Source: Rhodospirillales bacterium
Lineage (GTDB): Bacteria; Pseudomonadota; Alphaproteobacteria; Rhodospirillales; UBA2165
Assembly (NCBI GenBank): GCA_028823885.1
Contig: JAPPFK010000152.1
Span: forward strand, 293-64,292
Direction of reading: 5' to 3'
Length of the DNA stretch: 64,000 nt
Shown here: in pieces, positions 18,846 to 27,093 of the stretch
Layout: every line of letters starts with the position of its first letter
How positions within the stretch are numbered: position 1 is the stretch's first letter
Position numbers and translations under genes: made by a program
The notes under the pieces: generated by a model
Seen by the model: the letters and a program-made list of their open reading frames with translations, nothing else
Told to the model about the DNA's origin: nothing
Database searches by the model: none

Positions 18846-19721
18846 GTGCTGGCTGCAGCCATCAATCTAGCCAAATCCCTGGGCGTTGATACGCGCGCCG
18901 TTTATCACGGCATATCGCGCGCCAGTCTTGACGCCGCGATCAAGGAGCAAAAACTCGATCTGCTTCGAGATCGATTGCGGGAGATCGTACCGGATCTGAG
19001 CCGACAATATACCGGCGGACAGGATGCGGAAGAGTACCGGCGCTACTGGGAAATCAAGCTCCGCGGCCTGCACGCCTTTCAGGTCCACGGAATCCTGGAC
19101 GCGTTGGACACGATTGGCGGCGGACCCCTCGATATCGTGGACATAGGTGATTCGTCGGGAAATCACGGCAAATACGTCAAGGCTCTCTCGGGAGACAGCC
19201 GCGTCGCAAGGTTTACCAGTGTAAACGTCGACCCGGCAGCAGTAGAGAAAATCAAGCGGCAAGGCGGCGACGCCCACCTAGCCAAGGCCGAAGAGTTCGA
19301 CTATTCCGCCGTGCCGTCCGATTTATATCTGTGCCTTGAGACGTTGGAGCATTTGACGGATCCGACGCGGTTTCTTCACAAATTGGCGGAGGAAGGCGTG
19401 GCGGATCATTTGCTCATAACCGTTCCTTACCGCCGCCAAAGCCGTTTCGGCGGCAGCCTGCTGGACCAAATCGATACCGATCCGGCTGCTGCGTTAACTC
19501 CCGAAAGCGTTCATATTTTCGAACTTTCCCCAACGGATTGGCGGCGGCTAGCCAGGTTTGCCGGCTACCGCACGGTCTTCGAACGCATCTATCTGCAGTA
19601 CCCGCTCCGCGGGTTGATGCGGATAACGGCGCCACTGTGGAGAAAATTGGATTTCGAGGGATTTCTAATGCTCCTGCTCGCCCGCGACCTCCGCGTCGCG
19701 AAACGATACACCGGGTGGTAG
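18846..19721 (+). CDS. probable class I methyltransferase-fold protein
   Basis: LDIVDIGDSSGNHG (motif I-like), SVNVDP (acidic post-I), LYLCLETLEHLTDPTRFLHKLAEEG (motif II/III-like). Weak assignment. Confidence 0.5.
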   Translation: MLAAAINLAKSLGVDTRAVYHGISRASLDAAIKEQKLDLLRDRLREIVPDLSRQYTGGQDAEEYRRYWEIKLRGLHAFQVHGILDALDTIGGGPLDIVDIGDSSGNHGKYVKALSGDSRVARFTSVNVDPAAVEKIKRQGGDAHLAKAEEFDYSAVPSDLYLCLETLEHLTDPTRFLHKLAEEGVADHLLITVPYRRQSRFGGSLLDQIDTDPAAALTPESVHIFELSPTDWRRLARFAGYRTVFERIYLQYPLRGLMRITAPLWRKLDFEGFLMLLLARDLRVAKRYTGW

Positions 19722-19728
19722 GGGCCGA

Positions 19729-20772
19729 ATGACCAAACTCCGGATCGGCATCGCGGGTTTCGGCGTGGTCGGCAAAAGGCGGCGCAAGTTCATAGACGCT
19801 CATCCCGATCTGACGACTGTCGCCGTCTGCGACCGCACGTTCGAGCGCCAGCAGACGGCGGATGACGGTCTTGATTCCTTTTCGGACTACCGGCGGCTGC
19901 TGGAAAAGGAACTTGATGCCCTGTTCGTCTGCATGACCAATGACATGGCGGCCGAAGTGACCATTGCCGGCCTGGAGCGCGGCCTGAACGTGTTCTGCGA
20001 AAAACCGCCGGGCCGCGACCTCGAAGATATCGCAAGGGTCATTGCCGTCGAGAGAAACCGCCCCGGGCAAAAATTGATGTACGGCTTCAATCATCGCCAC
20101 CACGATTCGGTACGCGATGCCCTCGAACTCGTCAGGTCCAATGACCTCGGCAGGATCATCAACCTGCGGGGCGTATACGGGAAATCCAAAATAATCAATT
20201 TTGAAACCGATTGGCGCACGCAGAGAGCAATCGCGGGGGGCGGCATTCTGCTCGACCAGGGCATTCACATGGTCGACTTGCTGCGGCTGTTTGCCGGGGA
20301 GTTCGTGGACGTCAAAAGCTTCGTTTCAAACGATCACTGGGGCCACGATGTCGAGGACAATGCCTATGCGCTGTTGCGCACGGGCGATGGTGTGGTCGCC
20401 ATGCTGCATTCCTCGGCGACCCAATGGCAGCACAGATTCAGCTTGGAGATCGCCCTGGAGCACGGCGCGATCATCCTGTCCGGCCTCCTGACAAGCTCCA
20501 AGAGTTACGGCGCCGAAACCCTGACCGTCTTCAACAAGACCCCGGCCGATCGAGGGGACCCCGAAGGCATAACCACCGCCTATGATGCCGACCCGTCCTG
20601 GGCGGCGGAAATATCCGACTTCGCCGATGCCGTGCTGAATGACGCTCCGATGAAGTTCGGAACCTCGCGCGACGCCTGGGAGACCATGAAACTCGTGAGC
20701 CGAATCTACTGTGCGGACGCCGAGTGGAAAGGGCGCTGGAATTTGACCGACGATGCAGCCTTGCCAGGTTGA
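19729..20772 (+). CDS. Gfo/Idh/MocA-family NAD(P)-dependent oxidoreductase
   Basis: 347 aa with N-terminal Rossmann LRIGIAGFGVVGKRRRKFIDAHPDL, then CEKPPG and GFNHRHH. Confidence 0.85.
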   Translation: MTKLRIGIAGFGVVGKRRRKFIDAHPDLTTVAVCDRTFERQQTADDGLDSFSDYRRLLEKELDALFVCMTNDMAAEVTIAGLERGLNVFCEKPPGRDLEDIARVIAVERNRPGQKLMYGFNHRHHDSVRDALELVRSNDLGRIINLRGVYGKSKIINFETDWRTQRAIAGGGILLDQGIHMVDLLRLFAGEFVDVKSFVSNDHWGHDVEDNAYALLRTGDGVVAMLHSSATQWQHRFSLEIALEHGAIILSGLLTSSKSYGAETLTVFNKTPADRGDPEGITTAYDADPSWAAEISDFADAVLNDAPMKFGTSRDAWETMKLVSRIYCADAEWKGRWNLTDDAALPG

Positions 20773-20773
20773 T

Positions 20774-22690
20774 CTAGTTCGACAGGCGGCGTTCCAGTTC
20801 GGCGATGACGGACGGCCCGTCATAGACCGCCGTGATGACCCCGGCGAAGACCGGTTCGAGAGAATCGATGACGGGCTTCAGGTACAAACCAAACCGCACT
20901 TTTGAATAATCGATCTCGACCGTCTCGGTGGCTGCATTCGGATTCTGCGACCGGGTCAGTTGCACGGTCGAGACCAGGAAATACCGAAACTTGAGCTGCT
21001 TGGCGCGCCGGACGTACTCCTCGATGGACATCGCCGGCGGACTGGATTGCCGCAGCCACCAATCGCCTTCATCGTCGAAATAAGTCCTGACGACGTTTTG
21101 ATGCGGACAATAGAACGAATGAAAATCGACCGTTGCCGAGTAATAGTATTCGCCGGAACGCAGATTTTGCCTGAGAAAGTTGCAGGTCAGGAAGTGGTTC
21201 AGCCTCATCGTGGGCGTCGTGGATTGATATTCGGAAGGGCTCATGATCCCCAGGGCGACAGGCAGGCGGATCGCCGCGTAGGCGCCAATAAACATTCCCT
21301 GAACTGCCGCGTAAACGAGAGCAACGGCCAGAAAGGCCGGCAACAGGACTTTCCGCCCCCGCATCAGGCCCCAAGCCCACGTCATGCCGTCGGCCGCCAT
21401 CCCGGCGACGAACGGAAGCACCGGAATGAGAAACCGCACCTGTTGGGAAAACAGGAAAAACCAAAGTACGAAGTAAATCGCGACGACAATTCCGGGGATC
21501 ACCCACCGCCGGCGCCGATCCTGGTCGAGCAGGATCAAAGGGAACAGCGCGAGCAGGTATGGCGCGCCAAGCATCATGCCGTCAAAATAATGCATGGGGA
21601 ATACGGACATCATCCAAGGCGCCAGCAGGAGGTCGAGCGCGTTCCTGCCCGTGCCAAACGAATCCGCAACGTCCGAAAGAAAATGCGGACCATCCGGGTT
21701 CAGGAGTGAGACGAACAGAGGGTAGACGGGATTTCCGGTGATCACGGCGTTGCGCGCCAGGAATGGAAATAGAACCGCAACGCCGCCGGCCGTCACGGCG
21801 GCGAGCTCCCGCCATTTTTTTTGCCGGCCCAGTTCAAAGAGAACGATGGGCGCGAAGGCGAGGGCAATCCCGAAACCATGGTACTTGGTGAGAATCGACC
21901 CGCCGAGCACCACGCCGAACAAAATCGACAGACGCGCCTCCGGCGATTTCCTGAGCGCCAGATAAACCAGCATGGAGGAGACGACGAACGCCGCGACGAC
22001 CGTGTCCGTTTCCGCCGTCGCCATTTGCCAAATGACGGCACGAATACTCAGGAAGAATATTCCGGCGATGATCGACGCGGCGGTGGCCGCCCCCAGCCGG
22101 CGTGCCACCAGGCCTGCGCCGACGGCGGCGGCAAGATCAAAAAAACCGTGAAGTATTTGCGCGGCGCCCGGACCTGCCAAGACCAGGGAATATCGGGAGA
22201 TATTCGTGCCGAAATTGGGATAAAAGGACTGCGGCAGATGATGGGCCCACGGGATTTCAACAAATCCCCGCGCGACGTCCATGGCCGGAACCGTCAGATG
22301 ATAGGTCATGCTGTCGTAGTCGCTCGGCGGCGCAAGCCCTTGCAGCAACGTCAAAACGGCAACGACGCCGGCAACGGCGAGCAGGCCAAGCTGAAACGGT
22401 TCGCCCGCCGGGAAGCAGGATTTGACGATGAGACGCCAATTTATGCGCCGCAGGCCCGGCACGGCGGCGGCCATCGCAACAATGGTCAGACCCCCCATGG
22501 ACGGCAGGTCCAAACGCCATGAGGAAACCGCGAAAATCCCGAAATAAAAGAGGATCGCTCCGACGATAAACGAGAGCAGCAGATTTTCGTGGTCCGTCAA
22601 CCTGCGCGCCCTATCGAACCAGGCGAGCGCGGCGGCTCCAAGTCCGATAGTGGTCGCCAGATAGACCGCTACGACGGCAAGATCAATCAT
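20774..22690 (-). CDS. GT-C-type (ArnT/PMT-like) polytopic membrane glycosyltransferase candidate
   Basis: 638 aa with more than 10 predicted TM segments and a ~170-aa soluble C-terminus. The first external loop, APPSDYDSMTYHL, resembles the acidic D/E-x-x-Y loop of ArnT/PMT enzymes. It is the only minus-strand gene inside the cluster. Confidence 0.5.
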   Translation of the reverse strand: MIDLAVVAVYLATTIGLGAAALAWFDRARRLTDHENLLLSFIVGAILFYFGIFAVSSWRLDLPSMGGLTIVAMAAAVPGLRRINWRLIVKSCFPAGEPFQLGLLAVAGVVAVLTLLQGLAPPSDYDSMTYHLTVPAMDVARGFVEIPWAHHLPQSFYPNFGTNISRYSLVLAGPGAAQILHGFFDLAAAVGAGLVARRLGAATAASIIAGIFFLSIRAVIWQMATAETDTVVAAFVVSSMLVYLALRKSPEARLSILFGVVLGGSILTKYHGFGIALAFAPIVLFELGRQKKWRELAAVTAGGVAVLFPFLARNAVITGNPVYPLFVSLLNPDGPHFLSDVADSFGTGRNALDLLLAPWMMSVFPMHYFDGMMLGAPYLLALFPLILLDQDRRRRWVIPGIVVAIYFVLWFFLFSQQVRFLIPVLPFVAGMAADGMTWAWGLMRGRKVLLPAFLAVALVYAAVQGMFIGAYAAIRLPVALGIMSPSEYQSTTPTMRLNHFLTCNFLRQNLRSGEYYYSATVDFHSFYCPHQNVVRTYFDDEGDWWLRQSSPPAMSIEEYVRRAKQLKFRYFLVSTVQLTRSQNPNAATETVEIDYSKVRFGLYLKPVIDSLEPVFAGVITAVYDGPSVIAELERRLSN

Positions 22691-22693
22691 CGA

Positions 22694-22792
22694 TCAGAAG
22701 AGAGACGGCAACAGGAAGGAACCGAAGCGGGCGAACTGGGTCTCAAAGTAACCCAAATTGACGAACAGATAGGAAGACAAGACGGCGATCAT
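22694..22792 (-). CDS. possible mini-ORF encoding a single TM helix, coupled to the GT-C gene
   Basis: My own translation: MIAVLSSYLFVNLGYFETQFARFGSFLLPSLF*. It is extendable to TTG starts at 22810, 22828 or 22861, giving LDSAKALAVLAWMIAVLSSYLFVNLGYF. Its TGA lies 3 nt before the ATG at 22690. Below the ORF-track cutoff and speculative. Confidence 0.25.
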   Translation of the reverse strand: MIAVLSSYLFVNLGYFETQFARFGSFLLPSLF

Positions 22793-22982
22793 CCAAGCCA
22801 GTACGGCCAAGGCTTTTGCGCTATCCAAATTCTCTGTCCTCCCGGAGACCGCGACGTACAAGCTGCCGCATGATAACCATGGCCACGTTCGAAGTTAAGA
22901 CCGCCGGCTCGGCCCAATGACCATTGTTCACCGTCACCTAGCACATCGCCGCGGTGATTCAAGACAACATTAGCCACTCAGG

Positions 22983-24647
22983 ATGTTGAACTCAGCAACC
23001 GGGACCATCGTCCGGCGGGCGCGTCAGATCGCGGCCGACCCGGTGCTGCGGCGATGGCTGGTCAGGCGGGCCTTGCGGCTTACGCCGGGCGCCCCCGGCT
23101 ACACGCCCCACCAACCGCCCTATCTGACGGATCGCCTCCCGATTCGCACGGGGCCTCCCGACCCCTCGCCGCCATTCCTGGAATTGCCTCCGGATGCCCC
23201 CACGTCGTCATTGAAGCTCAGTTTGGCCAGCCGGACCATCGAGGTGGAACCCGGTGACGAGACCCAACTCTTCGAACGCCGATTTCCCGATCTGGAAGAT
23301 CATTTGGCCTTGCACCGTTTCTCCTGGCTGCCCTTGGCGAAGAACATCGACCCTGCTTGGGTGAGCGCCATATTCGGCGTTTGGCGGGAGTTCATCCGAC
23401 GTTCGAGCGATCCTTGGATCTGGCATCCTTATACGGCGGCGGAGCGCGCCGTGAATTTGCTGGAATTCGGCCGGGCCCACGGCCTCCCCGCCCCCCTGGC
23501 GGACACCCTGGACCTGCTCGCGGATCATGCCGCGCGTATCGGCAACGCGCTCGAGTATTTTGGCCGGCACAACACATCCAACCACCTGGCCAACAACGGC
23601 CGCGGACTGTATCTGCTGGGCCTTGAACTCGGTCTCGCCGAGGCCCGGGAGATCGGCCGTATCATTCTCATGAAGGAAGCGGAGCGGGTGTTCATGCCGT
23701 CAGGGGTCCTGCGGGAGGGGTCCAGCCACTACCATCTGCTTCTAGCTCGCAACTATTTTCAGGTTGCCAACGCCGCCGCGGCCCGAAACCGCCCGGAGGC
23801 AGCCGGCCTCTCGGCGATTGCCGAAAGGTCGCTGCGAGCCGCCGCGGCACTCGTTCTTCCAGGCGGTTTGCCGTTGATCGGGGACATTTCACCCGATTGT
23901 CCGCCTTCGGACCTGATGGCGGCGCTCCCCGGCCAGCCGCCCGCACCGCCGGACATATTGGATCGGATGGCCGCCGACGGCTGGCTCCGATTTGCCGGCG
24001 GCTCGTGGACCGGCCTCTGGTACGTGCCGCCCGACGGATGGCCGCCCATGCCCGGGCATGGTCACAACGACTGTGGATCGTTCGAGCTGCATTTCGGCGA
24101 TCAACCCATATTCGTCGATCCGGGCCGGGGCCGGTATTGCGAAACGGCCGAAGCCGCCCATTATCGGTCCGGCGCCGCGCACAATGGCCTCGGCATCGAT
24201 GGCCTCGACGCCTACCCCGCCAACAGGCCCTATTATTCGGAGGAATTTCGCCGGATCGTTTGCGGAGGTCCGCCGGACCTGACCCATACGGCCGACAGCG
24301 TGAGCCTGCGGTTCGAAGGATTTAAGCGGCGGCGCGGTCTAGGCGCCGTGGAGCGGCATTGGCGGTTTGCCGGAGCCGATGTCGTGATCGCCGATACCGT
24401 CGAGGGTTCAGGCAGACACAAGATCACCCGCCGAATCGCCACGCCATTATCGGCGGAACTCTTCGACAACGAGGTCAAGCTCTCATCTTCGGCGGAAAAT
24501 TGGTCCGTCAGTATGCCGGGCGACGTGTCTCTTCAATCCATCACAAGATGGCGCGCCTATGGGCGCGGGACGCCGATGTCTCAAATCGTCATTGAGGAGA
24601 CGGCGGCGCTTCCGTGGCGGGGCGAGATACGGGTCCGGGCCATATGA
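22983..24647 (+). CDS. heparinase II/III-family protein (copy 2)
   Basis: 554 aa with PGHGHNDCGSFELHFGDQPIFVDPGRGRY and AAHNGLGIDG, typical of the heparinase II/III-like C-terminal domain. Its stop overlaps the next start (ATGA). Confidence 0.7.
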   Translation: MLNSATGTIVRRARQIAADPVLRRWLVRRALRLTPGAPGYTPHQPPYLTDRLPIRTGPPDPSPPFLELPPDAPTSSLKLSLASRTIEVEPGDETQLFERRFPDLEDHLALHRFSWLPLAKNIDPAWVSAIFGVWREFIRRSSDPWIWHPYTAAERAVNLLEFGRAHGLPAPLADTLDLLADHAARIGNALEYFGRHNTSNHLANNGRGLYLLGLELGLAEAREIGRIILMKEAERVFMPSGVLREGSSHYHLLLARNYFQVANAAAARNRPEAAGLSAIAERSLRAAAALVLPGGLPLIGDISPDCPPSDLMAALPGQPPAPPDILDRMAADGWLRFAGGSWTGLWYVPPDGWPPMPGHGHNDCGSFELHFGDQPIFVDPGRGRYCETAEAAHYRSGAAHNGLGIDGLDAYPANRPYYSEEFRRIVCGGPPDLTHTADSVSLRFEGFKRRRGLGAVERHWRFAGADVVIADTVEGSGRHKITRRIATPLSAELFDNEVKLSSSAENWSVSMPGDVSLQSITRWRAYGRGTPMSQIVIEETAALPWRGEIRVRAI

Positions 24648-25603
24648 GCCCGGCACCCTCCCGGTCCGATAAGGCTCGCTTCGCGGACGTGAGCGTCGTG
24701 ATCCCGGCCTACCGTGCCGCCGACACCGTCGGGCGGGCGATACGCAGCGTCGCCGCCGGCACGGTTCAGCCCAAGGAAATAATTGTCGTAAACGATGGGG
24801 ATGACCCGGACACCGCCGCCGCCGCGGAGGAAGCCTCGAGAGCCCTGACAAACATCGAAGTAGCGGTCGTCGGCCAACCCCAGGCCGGCGCGGGCGCCGC
24901 CCGCAACCGCGGCCTTTCCGGCGCCACGGGTGAATTCGTCGCCTTCCTGGACGCCGACGACGAGTGGATGCCCGGCAAACTGGAACGCAGCATGGGGTGG
25001 GTGGCTCAGGGCGGTCTGGATTTGGTGGCCCACGATTACATCCGGGTGGACCGGGACAACGAGCAGGTCGTCTCCTGTGCCAGGCATTTTCGGGGCGGCG
25101 AAGACCCTTACGTTTCGCTCTACAAGCGCGGTTATATCGCGACGAGCACGGTTGTCGCGCGGCGGCAATCATTGATGCGGGCCGGCGGGTTCGACACGAC
25201 TCTCCAAAATGCCCAGGATTTCGAGCTGTGGCTTCGGCTGCTGGCGGAAAACGATGTCACCTACGCCGTCTTCGACGAACCCCTGCTCCGCTACCATGTC
25301 TCGCCATCGGGCATCACCAGCCATACGGACCGGCGCCTGGCCTGCTGCCTCATCGTGGCCCGGCGTCATTACCCCAAAGTTGCGCTCCATAGTGCTGTTC
25401 CCCTCCTGACGCTGTGGTACCGGATAGCCGCGGTCCACAAGGAAGCGATGGACTCGCACCGGCGGAAGTCGAACTGGATGAGGCTTCTGCGGACAGCGGT
25501 CGGATTTCCAATCGCCCTGGCAGCGCTGACACTCGCCACCCGGGCGCGGTCGGCCCGCAATCGAAGATCGTGGCGCGCGCCGACAAAAACGAGAACAAGA
25601 TGA
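24644..25603 (+). CDS. family-2 glycosyltransferase
   Basis: VSVVIPAYRAADTVGRAIRSVAAGTVQPKEIIVVNDGDDPDT, then FLDADDEW (DxD). ATG 24644 chosen for the ATGA coupling. Confidence 0.85.
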   Translation: MSPAPSRSDKARFADVSVVIPAYRAADTVGRAIRSVAAGTVQPKEIIVVNDGDDPDTAAAAEEASRALTNIEVAVVGQPQAGAGAARNRGLSGATGEFVAFLDADDEWMPGKLERSMGWVAQGGLDLVAHDYIRVDRDNEQVVSCARHFRGGEDPYVSLYKRGYIATSTVVARRQSLMRAGGFDTTLQNAQDFELWLRLLAENDVTYAVFDEPLLRYHVSPSGITSHTDRRLACCLIVARRHYPKVALHSAVPLLTLWYRIAAVHKEAMDSHRRKSNWMRLLRTAVGFPIALAALTLATRARSARNRRSWRAPTKTRTR

Positions 25604-25607
25604 GGCC

Positions 25608-25970
25608 GTGCCGGCGTCGGCCAGGTATCCGGCCGCATCCTTTTGGGCCGCCGATCGACGGGTTTCCGTTTCACCGGATACCATCGAGCGATATCTCACC
25701 GCCCCCGGCCGTCCTCGATTCGATGCGGTGGTTATGGTCAATGTTCTCGAGCACATTCAAGACGATGCCGCCTGTCTCACCCAACTGCACGGGGCATTTC
25801 ATCCCAGCGGGAGGCTATTACTTTTCGTCCCGGCCATGGAGTTTCTTTTCAGCAAACTTGACCGGGAATTCGGCCGGACCTACAAGGATGGAGAGAAAAT
25901 TCGTGCACACCACCTATTCGGAATCATCGGCGCCATGTTTTCGACATTAGTGCGGAGTCGGCGCTCATGA
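25608..25970 (+). pseudogene. C-terminal fragment of a class I SAM methyltransferase
   Basis: 120 codons containing only the distal motifs (FDAVVMVNVLEHIQDDAACLTQLHGAFHPSGRLLLFVP). No glycine-rich SAM motif I lies upstream in any obvious frame. Confidence 0.45.
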
Positions 25971-27076
25971 TTCCGCTTGTCGACCTCGCCCAGCAGCATG
26001 CGGCCCTCAAAGAGGAAATCGATGCCGCCATTGACGAAACCGTCACCAAATCCGCGTTCATCCGCGGCGAGGCGCTGGAACGGTTCGAGTCGGCCTTTGC
26101 CGAGGTGATTGGAGTTTCCCACGCGCTCGGCGCGGGTTCCGGGACCGACGCTCTCAATTTAGCGGTCCGAGCCCTTGATCTTGGTCCGGAGGACGAAGTC
26201 ATTACCGTCGACAATACGTGGATATCAACGGCGTTTGCCGCCACGTTGGCCGGCGCCCGGCTTGTCCTTGTCGATATAGACCCCGCGACCTATCAGATGG
26301 ACCTGAACTCGTTGGAGCGCGCGATAACGCCACGCACCAAGGCTGTCATTCCGGTCCACCTTTTTGGTCATCCCGCCCCGATGCCGGAGATTGTCCGGCT
26401 TTGCCGTTCGCGCGGAATTCACATCATAGAAGATGTGGCTCAAGCGCCGCTTGCGGAAATTGACGGGCAGCAGGCGGGCACGTTCGGCGATGTCGCCTGC
26501 TACAGCTTCTATCCATCGAAAAATCTCGGCGCCATGGGCGATGGCGGCGCCGTCGTAACCAACAACGACACGCTGGCGCGGAAGATTCGCCGGTTGGCGG
26601 ATTACGGCCAGGATACCCGCTATCACCACGCCGACATCGGCTTCAATTCCCGCCTAGATACCGTTCAGGCCGCCATACTCAACGTCAAGCTGAAGCACCT
26701 CCGGGATTGGACCGGCAAACGGCGGCGGAACGCCGAAATTTACAATGATCTGCTTTCGGACCTGCCCGTAAAACGACCGTCAGAGGACGCTCGGGCCAGC
26801 GCCGTCTACCATCTTTATGTCATCGAAGTCGACGACCGGGACAGGTGTCTCGAATATCTCCGGTCACAAGGCGTGATGGCCCAAGTCCACTACTCGTCAC
26901 TCATTCACGCTCAGCCCTGTTACGAAGATCTCGGCTATACGGACGACGATTTTCCGGCGGCCAGCCGGGCCGTCAAGCGGATACTGTCTCTCCCCATGTA
27001 CGCAGAACTGCGGGCTCAGCAGATGGAATCCGTTGTAGCAACACTGGCACGGTTCATTTCTTCAAATCGACCGTGA
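25967..27076 (+). CDS. DegT/DnrJ/EryC1/StrS-family PLP-dependent sugar aminotransferase
   Basis: 369 aa: IPLVDLAQQHAALKEEIDAAI, GAGSGTDALNLA, SFYPSKNLGAMGDGGAVVTN (PLP lysine region). Confidence 0.9.
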   Translation: MIPLVDLAQQHAALKEEIDAAIDETVTKSAFIRGEALERFESAFAEVIGVSHALGAGSGTDALNLAVRALDLGPEDEVITVDNTWISTAFAATLAGARLVLVDIDPATYQMDLNSLERAITPRTKAVIPVHLFGHPAPMPEIVRLCRSRGIHIIEDVAQAPLAEIDGQQAGTFGDVACYSFYPSKNLGAMGDGGAVVTNNDTLARKIRRLADYGQDTRYHHADIGFNSRLDTVQAAILNVKLKHLRDWTGKRRRNAEIYNDLLSDLPVKRPSEDARASAVYHLYVIEVDDRDRCLEYLRSQGVMAQVHYSSLIHAQPCYEDLGYTDDDFPAASRAVKRILSLPMYAELRAQQMESVVATLARFISSNRP

Positions 27077-27093
27077 TTCCTGATCAATCTTGA

